DNA of 50,357 bases, counting the filler, from Catajapyx aquilonaris (lineage: Eukaryota), in the NCBI GenBank assembly GCA_000934665.2. It is 2 parts of 2 records of this genome, joined end to end, with 100 filler letters (N's around TTAATTAATTAA, not from the genome) between each part and the next. Parts side by side here need not be neighbours in the genome. Positions count along the whole stretch, not along the records: positions 1 to 25,128 come from JYFJ02005418.1; positions 25,229 to 50,357 come from JYFJ02005419.1. One strand, 5' to 3'. The notes beneath the pieces are model-generated. The model was not told the origin of the DNA and did no database searches. It saw only the letters and a list, made by a program, of their open reading frames with translations. Of the stretch, positions 11,401 to 26,269 are shown piece after piece. The first letter of the stretch is position 1. The number at the start of each line of letters is the position of its first letter. The translations under genes and the position numbers were made by a program.

Positions 11401-14400
11401 TAATATTAGACACCAGTCCAGGAACGACATTCCTATATAACAGAACTGGTATGTCGCATTCGGCAAACAGGTGTCGTCACATCGGGAAGATCATATTCGC
11501 AGATCAGGATGTGTTAATAATCGCATCCGTAGTCATTGTTCTGGTTACAAGAGGTCTCCATGGGGGGTGCTCCTTAATTAGCTTCAGAAAAAATTTGCGT
11601 AACCCCAAAAAGTAAGTGCGTACATACTGCAGCTCTCACGTATTCTGCAAGAGATTGTCAATGGGAAACGTGCTTTCGAAGACCTTCGTTCCTCTTTATT
11701 CCCGGCTGATGAAACTCTATGGTCATCTACGGCTAGTTTAAAACATTGTCTATGTTCGAAGGGGTCAGGTGTTGGAAATGATGAGCTTTCGATTTTTGGC
11801 TTGAGAGTTGTCCATGACTTTTGATGATGTCATTTGGTATATTTCATCTCAGGTTGTTGCAGACGACGTTCATTGTCCTGTTTGTTGTTATGTATCCAGG
11901 AAGATCCGGAATTGTTCAAATAATTGTTGTCATAATGTTACATGCTATTAAATGTGGGCGTAGTACTGAATGTTTGAAACAACTCATTAAAAGGTGATAA
12001 CAAGTGCGTACTGTCACCTTCTAATCTACAATCTTGAGCAGGACTGGTTTTAGGCGACAATCGTAAATTTGCAAAGAACAGGTTTGTCCTGACTATTGTC
12101 CGGACATCAAAAGGTTCGTAATGTAAATGCATAATTTGTAAGGTCTGAATTTTTATATGATTTATTTTAACGTTATTTCCATTATCAACTGGAGGAAGTG
12201 ATTTCTTTCCCAGAGTAACTAACAGAAAATTGGAATCTTTTGGATCACCCTGTATTTTCTGCTCACTTCGATATCGATCCTAAAATTACTTGCCATTGGC
12301 AAACCTAGCCGAAATCTGGAGTGGCTGCTAAATCAAGATAGCTTAGAATTTACTACCTCCAAAAGCTTGAAATATAGTTAGGTTCGGTTTTTCCAGTCCT
12401 CATTTTTATCTAATAACTTATCTTGCTCAGCACACCATTGTTGTGCGAGACGGAAGCGCCACTTCCTGAGAGTCTCACAATGGCAATAATTGATTTTCCT
12501 TGTACAATATGCATTTGCAGTGCACGAGAATAATTATTGTATTTTTTATCCAGCCTAATATTGCTTCTGAAGAGTAGGTTAAAAATATTGTTTTGTTGTG
12601 TCATTATTTTTTCTAAAAAAACTTTTAGATGGGCACGTGAATTTATGGCAATATATTGTGGGTTTATGTCTTATTTTGAATTTAGCCAAAATTTTAATTG
12701 TTGATATTTCATGGTTAGCTTTGCAATGACCAATATCATGTGTCTTCACTTCCTCAGATTTCGCCTAAAATCTCTAATAGTTCGCACATTAATAAATCCG
12801 ATATCGCGCTCATTATTCCCTTCATGTTGCGCAACAAATTTGAAAGAAAAAAAAATCTTCACCCCGAAAAAGTCACGATGCCACTTTCCCTACATTCTTC
12901 CCGCAAAGAAAACGAGTTTACCCCCCACTCATCCTCCACTATCCTTCACATGGTCCACGATAACATAAATCTCCGTGACCCTTTCCACTCTCTTCCAAAA
13001 GACAAAAATCATCCCCCCCCCCCTCATTCAACTATTAGATCCCATCCACTAGTTTTCAATGTATGTGACATTCTCATCTTGATGATGGAAATTGCAGCAT
13101 CCCACTTTCAATTGCAACTGCAGGACAAATTACCTTTACCCTCCATACCACTGGAAGTGTGCCCTTGGCACAATGGCGAAGAACTTTCACCCATAGGTAT
13201 AGGTTGGATTTGAAGTTAGAACAAGTACCTCTAGGTGATTTACAAGCTCAGGTAAAGCGGATATCGACTCTTTTTCCGGATTTTTTTTTCTGGATTTTTA
13301 TTTTGAAAATTTTAGCCTGACTTTTTAGGCAATGTGATAAATGAGTGAGGATGTGCAACGTGTAGCGAGTTTGTCATGGTCGTTGGGCAACATGGCTGAT
13401 GTCATCCATTTTTTTGCATGGGGTATATATATTATGCGCGTATGTTTCTAATGGAAATTTAGAAATTGGATGGTCCTAAAGCTTTCACTGGGATTCGAGA
13501 ACAGTGATGTGTAATCGGGGTGACCAGGTCGTTGCGCCAATGTCACCTATACAAGGGGGTGAAAACTCGTTGATTTGGTTTACAGTACACGGAGCATATG
13601 ATTACATGAATATACTACATGGATGATATATGAATGAAAATATGGGATTTATAATCCACATTTGTTCGAATTATAGGTAGTTTCTCATGAAAATATTTAT
13701 ATAGGTTGGAAATAAACATGTATAAATTAGAAACGCTTTTGACTACTAAACAATATAATAATAGCATAATAAATTGTGTATTATGGCACAGTACATTTTT
13801 CTCAGTTGTTCCTCTGCCATCGCAATCTTCTCAAAATGGCACTTTAGCTCACACTCCATTACATACCACTTCAAGTTGTGTTGATATATTTTGACATTTT
13901 CCGTCATCCACTTTCAGCTAGATCACATGTGTCACTCAAGTTCTCTCGAAATATAGTATGCATCTATCCACAAAAGGGTTCTTTCTCAGTCGACAGGGTT
14001 TTTCATCTAGGAAAAAAAAAGTTGTTTTAGACCTCTTTCTGTGGACAAAATGCATCTGAGTCCTCAAAGGACTTTTGTCTGCCACTCACAAAAATCAAAT
14101 CCTCCACGCTGGATTACTCCCCCATTGGTCCCATGTACAGGAACCCAAACTGCAGGTTTTACCACAGGATTCAGTGAATCGAATGACAAGATCAGACACA
14201 GCAAGAACTTGCTGTGTTTCATCCCATAAAGTGCACGACCTCCAACAAAGAAAGTGCATTATAGTTAACGGCCATTTTGTGTACAGAGATTACAGCACTC
14301 CAATCGGAAAATTTTGGAACTATATATATGAATTTTTACCCACACTCGCGCAGATCCATTGTTCTAACAACAGCGTTGCCAGTGGCCAATGAGCTTTGGC

Positions 14401-17400
14401 AACGTCGCAATCGCCGCCCATTTTGTTTCCTCCAAGCGTAGAGTTGGAAATAAGTTCAACGAGTACGGAAGTGGTTAACCCCGTGTTTCTCATAGTGACT
14501 TACGACCTTTTCCATGTCAACACCTCAATTTATTATTGATAATACCAACCGTGAATGCTGCGCGAACTGTGGTGCGCACTCGGTTGCGCTTATACAAAAA
14601 ATTCGTCTATCTCGGCCATTTTGGTCACGATTTTCACATGGCCCTAAAATGGTGTAAAATCCTGGAAAAACCAGTCGTCCCTGCAATGATACTTAAACAG
14701 TACACTAAATGACATTGAGACTAGTGTAATGACTCACGTTTCTTCAACACTAGACCGAATAGCACTGACACCTGGCGAGGTGTAAAAATCCTTCGTGGCT
14801 TGTTTACAAACCTCCAACCCCAGCATGTGTATGTCTAGCGGAAGACAACATATAGCCTTCAAGAAGGCTTTTTCGCATGGTCGTGATGAGAAATCTTTCA
14901 TCCGGGAGGGTTTGCCTCGGTTGTCTGCCCCCTGCAACTGACCTTTGTGGTCAACTGCAGCAGCAACTTATCCGATTCTGCTCTTCCTTTTACGATATGA
15001 TTCCACCTTTCTCTGGGGGAAGTCAGTTCAGTGCACATTTAGAGGGACGAATAACGGAGGTTCTAGCATATATTGGATATGCTGTAAAACTGACCAGTTC
15101 TGATTTGAACTTTTATCCATGAGATTTGGCACTGAACCAATTACTTGATCTGATGTTTCAATTCTCATAGTTTCTTTTTTAAAAAAGGGGTGATTAGTGT
15201 GGTAATAATTATGGCATATTATGGCAATTATGGTAATTAATATGGTAATGCCGTGCTATAAGTACAGGGTGTTCCGACCCGAACCGTCTGAAGCAAGGCA
15301 CTAACTGCTGCTTTTCAAACAGTTTACGTTTTAAGTGACAACAAAATTATTTGCTGCCATTTAGCATACACAGATAGCCAAATTAAGTATTAACAATTTC
15401 ATAGTGGATATCATCTGTGTACTGTAAGGATTCATTATTTCAGATGTCTCCAGAAGCTTTCTGTACTATTTGCCAAAGAGCTATTCATGGCACATATGTC
15501 AAGTAGGACCGTGCAATTTAGATAATTTACTGCGAAATCTGGGGGAATAAATAAATCGACAAAATCCGGGCCGGATAATAAATCTGCTTTAAAAATCCAT
15601 TTTCTCAAGGTTTTCCTATAATCTTTGTAATACTTTCATTTCACTTCTGCGACATACCGCCAGCTGACATTTTGGGTCCATTTGTGTTATACGTCACCTC
15701 GATTTGTTTCCACCTCGTCTAATCTTAAAATGCGAAAAATTTTCGCGCTGAATTTCTAACACCCTCTGACCTTATTTTTCTCTCATCCTCAAATTGACCC
15801 TGGCCCCGACCTCTTTTTTTCACTTTCGCCCATCACGCACAACTTTAAAACCCCTCATTTTTGTCAAGAGGGCACCAACAATTTTTCTGGCTTATTTTGG
15901 CCTACTGTGAGATATACGCACAGTGAGTGAAAAAATTTTTTTAGCCGTTAACCTCATTTGGGAATGTGTGGCCCACCTGTTATAACTTGTGTTGAAGGAT
16001 GTCCCCGAGCAACTCTTTTCATACACCGTATGGGAACCTGGTTGTGGTTGTTAGCACTATGGCAGGGGCGTTAATTGGATGTCGACATTTGCAAGTGTAC
16101 AGGATGCTTCATGACCATTTAGATGAACTCACCTGATGAAACTCCTGGAAACACTTTATGCAAATGTTAAATGGTCTCTGCAGCATCACTACCTAGAAAA
16201 ATTTGTATTCATGAAATAATACAGTTTAAATACAATTCTATTAATTTTTAAAATAATTTACAGTACGAATGTTATCAATTTAAATGAAGAAAATATTAAA
16301 ATGGTATTGCAGGGTAATGACTAAAATAAATGAATAAGCGAGGTTGTACAGTACTGAGGGATGCATACCTTCCAGGGTATTTTTCTTGCCGTGTCTGGTA
16401 ATCGAATTATTTCGGTAACGATTATATTTGCTATCGGTTCACTCTAGAAGTTTGTCCAAATCGTTACAAAATAGCAATGAACTATTGGCAAATCCGAGCA
16501 CTTTTTTCTGCCAATACCATTTGGACTCATCAATGAACTAATAGTTTCTCAAACATTTGACACTTCCAAGCCCGTGCGCATGGAGCAACATAATTATGCC
16601 TTTAGTTAATTATGGCGACCAAATTACATGTCCAGTCGTGACAAATAATTTGGGTCGACCGCTACTCCAAAATTCCAAAGGGAAATTATTGCATCGAAAT
16701 GACCTGGACTAATTCAGTAATTAAGTCACATACTCACAGGGTAAAACTGTTTAAAAAAAGGGAGGAAAAATACAAATATTTTCTTCGGCTGCCTGGGTTT
16801 CATAACTGGCCGATTAATTCGCCATGTGAAGGGTCCGTGTCCCAAACCGCAATCAGGGGATAGGGATTAAACAATTTACATGCGCGAGTGAAAAACTTTC
16901 ACCATCCATGCCCCAGTCTCCCTTCCCCACTTCACTACTGCATACACCCATTAACTATTGACGTACCATCATTGCACGACCATTAATAACTTAATCTGTC
17001 TATTGGTTTGCATACACGATGAAATAGGACTGTGATTGAAACATTTTTGTCAGCCATATAAGGCAACAACACTTTGATAATTTGTGAACAAATATTCGCA
17101 TGTTTTGCCATTTTTAAATTGATTAAAATTATGTAATTTTTGTGCACTGTGTCATCTTCTAGCAAGGCCTTCACGTAACAATTTGCACATCATTAAAGCA
17201 CTTTATGCAGAGACATTTGAAAAACCCAACTTTCACATCCATTTTCTCACCTTGTATCAATAATACAAAAAGTGCTGAGATTGACTTTTGCAACAAATAA
17301 AACCAGTAACAACCTTCCCGAAGCCAAATCCTTGAAGGCTCGTTTTATTCAACTCTTTTACCCGACTGTCCACTTGGTAACAGAGGGTCCGAAAGAATCC

Positions 17401-18412
17401 CCTGATGGTCCACCTTGGTGAATATCCTCTGGAAGCTAAAGAGTTAGGAAATCGTCTATTTTCCTTGAAAAGTTCAAGGATTCTTCTTTCCTTCCACGCC
17501 CAACCCAGACTCCTAAAAAAAAGGTGGACTGTCCAGTCTTCTTCGTCCCATAAAAAATAGTGAATCCGAGTTCGCAGGATTGATTATCGGGACTTGGGAT
17601 GTGATGTGATGGGAAGGTTACTCCAACCTGTTTATCTCATCCCAAGGACCCTCACGTCGTCGCTTTAAGGTCAAGTGGCCACTTTATTCATAAAAATTCC
17701 ATCAAAAAAAAGTTTAAGAACAATAAAGCAAAGAGCGGCACTTATTTCGACATACCGTACTTTGGAAGTGTCTCTTCTCTAAGAGTCATATTAAGTGTCA
17801 CTTTGTCGGCACCTCTTTGAAAAATATACGACAGAGGAAACCTAGGAATGTCGTCGGCTTTTCGCACTTTAATTTTGCAAGGATGTAATTATGTACGAGG
17901 CAGGATACGCTTCATAATCAACTAAATCAATTTACTGGGACAGTATATTGATGTTAGGAGATGAATGGTCGGTTTATGCTTCTGTAACATGCAATGAATT
18001 AATTGGGACAGTGATGTATTTATTTTAAATCATGGTGTGATTGATTTGTGGAGTTAATAACAGTACAAAATAAGTTCTTGTTTAATTGCGCTAAACCATA
18101 CTGAGGTGCATATAATTTTAAGCATTTCATATTTTCAGGATGAGGGAAAATTATATATATTTCATTCCATTCGTCATGGTACCGGTACATAAAAATGCCA
18201 ATAAAATATTAATGTAGTGCATTATCCATTCGGTGAATTCGGTGCATAAAATATTCATGAAGCTGCATAATTTTATACAACAAGCTACTGCATAAACATA
18301 TTATGCATTTCGTGTATAAAATTCGCTAAAATTGTGAATAATTTTATGACTTAGGTACATGAAGTTAAGGGTTTATGTAATGATTACATTTTTATGCATT
18401 TTAAACTTTAAA

Positions 18413-18621
18413 AAATTAGATGTGTGGGGGTGGGAATGAAGTGAACTCTCCGGCGGACAGCGATCGAATGAACAGTTTCTCCTCACACCCACCAGAGGCG
18501 CTGCCTACACCCACTACGCATGCGTAGAACGCGGGCCAATAGGAAGCGTCGCGGAAACAATATGCGGCGGACCAATCAGAGGGTTTATACAAACACCATG
18601 AATAGGATTTTAATATTATAG
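18413..18621 (-). mobile_element. Possible short non-autonomous Helitron-like element
   Basis: GC-richer island in AT-rich DNA. The minus strand starts CTATAATATTAAAA and ends CTAA|T. No convincing 3' hairpin. Confidence 0.25.
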
Positions 18622-18622
18622 C

Positions 18623-18645
18623 TTGTTGTTGTTGTTGTCGTTGTT

Positions 18646-18680
<35 letters not shown>
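18623..18680. repeat. Compound trinucleotide microsatellite (TTG)n(TCG)n
   Basis: Directly visible; followed by ttttcttcttc, possibly a minus-strand retroelement tail. Confidence 0.9.
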
Positions 18681-21600
18681 TTTTCTTCTTCAGCCCTTAT
18701 CTGTTTAGCTCAGCTTATAGGAGACAATGATTTCAGTTTAGCTTTACATGACCATACCCAACACTTTAAATGTTAGATACGTCGTAGTAAGCTGTCCGTT
18801 GCACCATTCGTCAGGTGAAGGTTCTAGAGTCTATTCCTCTAGAGGAAAAAAATTGAAACGCTGCAGGCCGCCTCAACGTATCTAAATATCGGATTTTATA
18901 TTTACATTTTTCTCTCTCTTATTCCTGAATCGACTGCCTCCAGCTTTGTATGCGAATATCGGCACCGATTCGCTCAATTTCTAAGGACCACCCGCGGTAA
19001 GATCACGCTGGATGGCTATAGTCTCGGAATATAATATAAACAACAACAAAATAGCGTTGTGTAACATGGTTCTGGAACATCCCTCTTTTTACAACAGTCG
19101 TGACCCAATCCTCTGGAAGACCTTCGCAGATTTTTTTTCCATGAACCTCGTCTCCTACATTCCCTTTTGACTTTTGACCCCGCCATGTCAGTCGTGCGTC
19201 TTGTTCTCATCAGCCATTCTCCGATGCGTTTCTCATGCGTTTGATCCTCCTTTTATAATCGCCACAAATAAAATATTCTGGCGAAATATAATATTTTAAG
19301 GTCAATTGGATTTCTTTATTAGTCTATGTTATCATAGTCTTCCTCTCTTAGGACCAAGATGATGTACGGCTTACAGTAGGTCGATTTTAGCACATCCTCC
19401 TTTAATCCTCAGTCACCCCCCCCCCTTCCCACGAATCATTGATCTGAGGCCCAAAGTAATCCGCTAGAAAAATGCCTTCTGCCACCTCCTGCATTGTTGG
19501 AGAAGGCCTTCGAACTGGCTTATGTGATTTTATCACGATATTAATTTGTGAGTGAGTGATTACCTGCTAGAGGCTGACATAGGGTGCGTTGAAAATGAGG
19601 TGAGATAATGAGAGGAAAGTAGGGCGCGAATGTTGCCTATTTGTTGAAACATTTCAGGATGCAATATCATCTAATTAGCTAATCACAGTTGGCTATTTCT
19701 AGTAGGATATTCCGTATGCTAAGTCGTTGGGGGGTCAAATCTTGATATGCAAGGAAGGCACAGCAATCCCAGTCCAAATTTCCAATTTGCATACAGATGC
19801 TTCCACGTTTCCCCAATTGTGATAAACGACTAGATATGCCAGTCTTCTCTGCATAATAATCACAGCTGATATTAAATCCTGTTCGCCAACTCATGGCTTC
19901 ACCTTTTCAATGCCAATTCCTGTTAATAACTCCGAAATAATGAACTTGGGTACAAGGCAATTCGCATACCGATGGTGAAGGACAGTACCGCACAGATATC
20001 AAGAAAAGCATCGTCGGAAATCGAGACCGTTCATCCTGATACTTTTTTAAGTTTAAAAAAATAGGAGAACTTGAAAGCTCCCATTTGTTAAGCTGTCTCT
20101 TCAGCTAGTGGATAATCATTTTCTAAGATCATAATCATGTCACTCGTCAGATATCTTCAATCTGATATTTCTTTTGAAGGAAAGGGCCATTTGAGAATAG
20201 AGAAAAAAGTGGTCTGGAGGAAATTACGTGATCGATGCTCACTTCCCATGCTGTGCACGTGGAGAAACCTGAGGCCACAAAAAGGGTCATGTCCGACACG
20301 ATTTTCGTGTCAACGATATTTTCCAACGCTTAAGTGCTAAGGATTTATCAGAATATCGGCAAAAAATATTTTAAGCGATTAATAATTAATTTTGTCAAAT
20401 TTGAGTATCGAGCTTACACTTGAAATGGCATCTACATGTATTTGAATGAACATTTGCATTTTTTCCATATACTTGTATGTCATTAAACCAACTCGATTGA
20501 AGATGATTGGAACAGCTGAAAAATATTATGTGGTTTTCAGCACAAATTGAACGAACCATTTACTTTTTGTTCAATATTTGTGTGAAATTCATTCAATCAT
20601 TTTCTTTGGTCAATGGCTGCAATAATTTTGCAGATATTTGGAGTTAAATTTTAACTTAATAATAGACTGTTGGATGCTATTTTAGTTAGCCTAAATAACC
20701 ACTCAAAATAATTAATATCCTTAGTGAAAACATACTGTAGAATGTACACAGTTCCTGAAATCGTTGGATGGGAAAACTTGTGTTCTACTTGGAAGCAGCC
20801 CATCTGATGATTATTATTCGAGCTATGATTCCTGACCTATTCCCAATATCGCGCTCGTGGGTCTGACCCCCATAACCCAACAGGTTATTATATGTGGGGT
20901 AATTAAGGGGATTGGGAAGTTTGCAAACCCTAAAATTTGGATGGGGAGGGAAAAAAAATATTGGGAATTATAAAGCTTTCTCTGGTCCACAACTTACAAA
21001 CATGCAATGAGTATATCACGCCCTTAAAAAAAAGAGAACAGATCAATATGGATAAGGTGAACAACTTATTTTGCAGACAATGTACAAATTCTTGATTTTT
21101 TAAAACACATATTTCAAGGTCCAATTGTCTGAACCGGCTGAGGGGAAAGGTGATCTAACTGCCAAAATATAAAACAAAACCTCGCATGGCAAGGTCTTTC
21201 TCTCATAATAACACAGTTTACACCCTCCCATCTTCAAATTTTATGCATGCAAATTCCAGTGCATAAAAACCGGCCTGTAAATGCATATATAACCTCGCAT
21301 GGTGTGTGCAGCTCACTGCATCACGATATTGGGAATATTTTATTAGCAAAGAAAATGAAACAAGTTTTTAATTTTTAATGATATTGAATATTCTTTCTTA
21401 GAACATTTCAGTGCACTAAAATACACACAAAAAAATCGCACGAAGTACTCAATCAAAGTCGTGATGATTTTCATGATATAACTGACAAGTCATATCCGGA
21501 TACAACTGGGTCTCTTCACTGCAGGAGCGTGTTGTGTATATCATGACCCACTGCCTTATCGCAATAGAAAAATGTGTAACAAACACATTGTTGTAATGCT

Positions 21601-24600
21601 TCGAAGCATTTCCCGCCCCATCTGCTCTTCCCCGCCCCCGTTTTTAATCTCTAATAGTCCGCAACCATGGTTGCTAATGAACGGCAGTTATGGCAACGTA
21701 ATTTATAACTTTGGCCAAAGTGTGCGATAGTACGTATTCCTAATATCAATTAGAGCCCTTTGTGCACTATGTTTCCCATTTAGGCTATTAATCACTTGGA
21801 AGCCTTTAACTAAAAAAAAAATTATTAGAGACAACCTAATTTCAGGCGGATCACACATATGGTGGGCATGCATTATCTATTGTGCTTGGAAACGGTGGGG
21901 CGGTCATGGTGAATTATTTCACTCAAAAAAAAAAAAAAAAAAGATCTGAAGGATAGGCCTCCAAAGCGTGACTGCACAATATTTGGCGGGCCAAACCGTT
22001 TCGTAAAAGTAAAGTGGGTAAAATCAAGTTACAGCTTAACTTTCGCCAAAATTATTGGATAAGAAAAAATATATTCGGAAGGTTGTAGTGACATGTCAGA
22101 GTTTTCCGCAATAACTGATTTTTCAAAAAAAATACTTCCTACTTTCCAGCACTTTCTATCACGTCAAACTCCAAACTGATAATATTCATTTTTAAAAACA
22201 GTTACGTCGAGTTTGGCATGCGCAAAATTACAAAATGCTAAAGGTAGGTTATGAAAATGTATATGTAAAATAAAGATATTTTCACTACCAATTTTAATGA
22301 CTTTCAAATTTGCATTTAGGGGTCATAAAGTTTGAAATGATTTAATATCAATCATAATGAGAAATAATATTTGGAAAATTCTTGTACTATTATTTGCATA
22401 CAAATGAAGCCAATAAATGACAAAATTTATTACGTATAAATTAATCCATCAGGCATGAAATTCCTGCATTCTTCCATAATTTTCAGCAGTTTTCGCAAAT
22501 ATGATTCCATTACATCCAGGCATCAACGCCCGAGTTGAGATACGACAGCGAAAGCTTGCAAAAGTTAAAGGAACGTGCTCCATCTGCAATTCAAATCATT
22601 CCCATTAATTCAAGACGAGACCCACTAACTAAACACACAAAAAAAACCCGAGGGTGACAGCCTGTCCTCCCCTTTTACCATCGTAAAAATTGTCAAGATT
22701 TCTCCCAAGTTCCCAACTCAGCCACAACCAGGTTAAAAAGAAGGTCGACCAAAACTATACCTCAACCATAAATATGGTATGGTAACATACGACGCCCATT
22801 AGTCACACGCTCGAAACATCCTTCACACAATTTTTTGAACCGTCGTGGAAACAAACACAAGAATCGGAAACAGTGCATNAGTTGGTGGATGAAAGGCAGC
22901 CAAGTGTGAACCCGTCCTACAGACCTGGAGGAAGAAGGAAGAAAAAAAAATAATAAAAAAGAAGGGGTTGCTTTGCCATTGGCCTCCTTTAGGTCCTTGC
23001 ACTTGGCCGAGAGCGTTTGGAAGGTGCTCTTCTTAAGTTGCCATATGGCCACTGTGCTTCCTGGATCGGTCTAGTGGTTGTCTTGGGGAAGGGATTGCTG
23101 GGGAAGGCTGCACTTCAATCTCAGTGTGTAATTTGGGAGATTGTACGGATTGTTTGTTAGAAGGAATTTTCAGGGATTTTTTTTTTTTTTTTGGAATAGT
23201 TTGTGTTCTGGACATATGGACGTTCTGAGGTGAGTGGACAGTTTTTTTTAATTGGCTTCCAATGCCAGTGCATTCCGTTTTTAGAAATATTATATTTAAA
23301 TTTATTGCTTCGTATGGATGAATATTTGCGAAATGTACATACACTGTGCAAAACTATCATAAGAAATAAGAGGAAAATTATATTTTCAGCAAAAGAGCAA
23401 TATGCAATGATATTTTCTATGAATTGCGGTTGGGCTGTCAACAAGTTGTCAAGTAACAAAATATTCAGATTTTTTTTATCGCTGGCCTAACAGGAATTGC
23501 TGACACATTACAGCTTCAATATTGCATAAAAATCGTGTTGTTCAAACAGCAAAAAAATTTACCCTGACCCTTCCAATGCGAAATTAAAATGTCAATTTGC
23601 ATCCTACAGTACCTATAGTTCATGCTCTATTTAACTCTTGTTTAAACGAACTTTTCTATGCAATTTCGCAACCTTTGTCAACAATACCGCTTGTTTTGCT
23701 TAAAACCACTGAAAGCTAGTTAGCATAGAGCCAGCGGGTCTGGATACGCTTTATCATTTTCCGCTCACAACGTCCAAACTGGCCTTCAAGGAGTGTGGCA
23801 GTGTGCCAATCCGCTAACAATCCTCTCAAGCGTTCTAATTACGTAAAGGTAATTAAGTTTCGGTGGTAGGACCGTTTCATACACATTTGCGCCGGAATCG
23901 TGAATCCTTAGCTTTTACTCACTATATCCAGGGTTGACATCTGACTTATTCGGGACCACCGCAAATGAATGGCCTGAAGAGATGCCCAGACAGGGGATAG
24001 GTGTCGCCAATAATTGAGCTCTCAATCAATTCGGAGTCTCATTTCCATCCTACTTTTTTTTAAACTAGGAGGACAGTTAATTATACCTTTTCTGTTTGGC
24101 AAAAATTGATTTTGGCGATACTTTTAAAAAAGCGGATATCCCTTTTAATCAACAGACTACATCAGACGAACAAAAAAAAGTGTAGCATCCTCCACCATTG
24201 AATGAGTGGTATGCGGAATGACGTTATGCTATACAATGTATACACAAGGCTGCATTCCAAAACCTCTTCTGAAAATGAGCCAAATTACCTTCTCAAAAAA
24301 CTAACCCCTGTAGGCGTCTGAATTATTCACGAAGATTACCCTCCATCAGACCTTTCTCTGCCATAAGGTCATATTAAAAAGTACGAATCTTGGTGCTCTT
24401 CTTGAGCGAAGAGCGCGTGTCCTTGTCTGACTGAAGGTTAACTTGTTTGGCACCGACATAACGTATTCCTCCGACGGAACATCCTCGCAGTAGGTCTCGT
24501 CCTACTTGTATTTATGCACCCGGGTAGATTTTTGCTGTATAAGGTCTTGGGATAGCCTCGACCTTTTGACGTCATTAGGGCACATGGAGGTGAGCAAAAA

Positions 24601-25128
24601 AAAAAGTGCCATATTGTAAGTGCCTTCAGATAGGATATTTTACAAGAGGGGGCTATTATGTTAGTAGTTCGAGACTAAAATTGAGGTCTTGCGATTACTA
24701 TCGGACTGTATGGTACATCCGTGATTGCAGTGACTTTATGACCCGTGGTTGCCACATTGAGTCAGTCAATTTGGATTTTTTGATGAAACAGGTTTAGCGC
24801 TAAATTACTGTACTTTCGCTATATATTAAAATCTGGAATTAATATTATTACACACATGTCGAAGTACTCTGACAGGAATTTGTTCTTGTAGCAACTTACC
24901 TCACTTTTAAAATATTTAGTGAAAGTTATTCAAGAATTTTTCGTACTGTGTGAGTCAAAATATATATAATTCTGGCATGCTCAATGTCATATAATAATAT
25001 ATTATTTAAAGTATGGTCAAATAAGTAGTTTCCGAGGGGTCCGCCATTCGAAGATTTTTTGTACGAGATTCAATGAATCGCCTGATTCAACACTGATTCA
25101 TTGATTCAGATGGTGATTCACAGATTCA

Positions 25129-25228
25129 NNNNNNNNNNNNNNNNNNNNNNNNNNNNNNNNNNNNNNNNNNNNTTAATTAATTAANNNNNNNNNNNNNNNN
25201 NNNNNNNNNNNNNNNNNNNNNNNNNNNN
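25129..25228. other. Artificial scaffold spacer (44 N + TTAATTAATTAA + 44 N)
   Basis: Exactly 100 bp and symmetric; the 12-mer places stop codons in all six frames. Confidence 0.95.
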
Positions 25229-25286
25229 TTATCGGTGGAACGACCAAAACTGCTCTATAGCGTTTCCATTTATCTGCGAACCTTAG
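25229..25286 (+). CDS. 3' end of an additional C-type lectin gene cut off by the gap (CTL0)
   Basis: Reads YRWNDQNCSIAFPFICEP* (WND...C...FICE), followed by a 3' UTR similar to those of the downstream lectins. Confidence 0.85.
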
Positions 25287-26269
25287 TAATAATAAAACAA
25301 TCGAATTTTGGAGCTTGGACCACGCATATGTTAAAATATCAAGGACAATCAATACTGTGTCATAAATGTTAATAAATTGAAGCATTAAAACCATTATTGG
25401 AGAATCTGATGAATTTCTGTATATTATGTCACGCTTAATCATCTTGTAATGACACTAAGTACATTGAAAGCAAATAAAGATGTATCCCAATATGGATTAA
25501 TATTATAATAATAATGACGATCACCCACCTCTCCTAATTGTAATCAGGGACAACTACAGTATTTTCTATTCCTTTCCAGGAATACTTCTTTGATTATTTT
25601 AAGGTTGCATTTTTATTGCATATTTACATGAAAGTTATGAGCAAGATAAATAAATGGAATATTCTGTATTATGTGTCACATATAAGCAACACATTACATG
25701 CGCATTTTATGGCGGAGACTGAATTTTTACAACATGTACAAATATAGAGGGGAACTAACCAATAACTGTGAAAATAATATCTTCCCAAGAACAAGAAGCA
25801 TTTACGCGTACTTGAGATGTAGTTTTCTTGTTCCACGCATACGGATCTCTTAAATATGACATTGCTAAGTTAATTTTTTCCGATGGCTTCTACCTGTCAT
25901 ACTAAGGTCACAGGTCATGTCACTGACATCACAATTTCTGTGCTTAGTTTACGCCAAGGCTTACGCTACTAAAACCTATAAAGGTGTATTCCATATTCTA
26001 CATGTAATGTGATTAATAAAACTTTCATATTGGGCATATTCATACGTGCTTATTTTATTTTATTTTCATCTTTTCTCACCTATTGACCTCTGCTACTTGA
26101 TAACATTCTTGCGTACTGCTGGTGTCGGTCTAAGCACGGGTGTCAAATGGTGAAAGTGGGAATATGATGGATGACATAACGGCCGATTTGTAATAGGAAA
26201 TTGCAGATGTTCTGCACATATATGTTTCTCTTATATCAACAGAATTACGCAATTTGCTTTATTGCCGCC

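Noticed and set aside
11400..12254. Minus-strand CYIGMS peptide (GIY-YIG-like) and a CACCCTGTA mariner-like end
   Set aside because: No extended reading frame, no GIY partner motif, no facing TIR; at most an unclassifiable decayed repeat.
3300..25000. Enrichment of Ovo/Shavenbaby-like (CCGTTA) and Grainyhead-like sites upstream of the repeat gene
   Set aside because: Counts seen by eye are about what base composition predicts for 22 kb.
25173..25184. TTAATTAATTAA palindrome as a biological site (piggyBac target or PacI site)
   Set aside because: Centred in symmetric N runs totalling 100 bp; assembly spacer.
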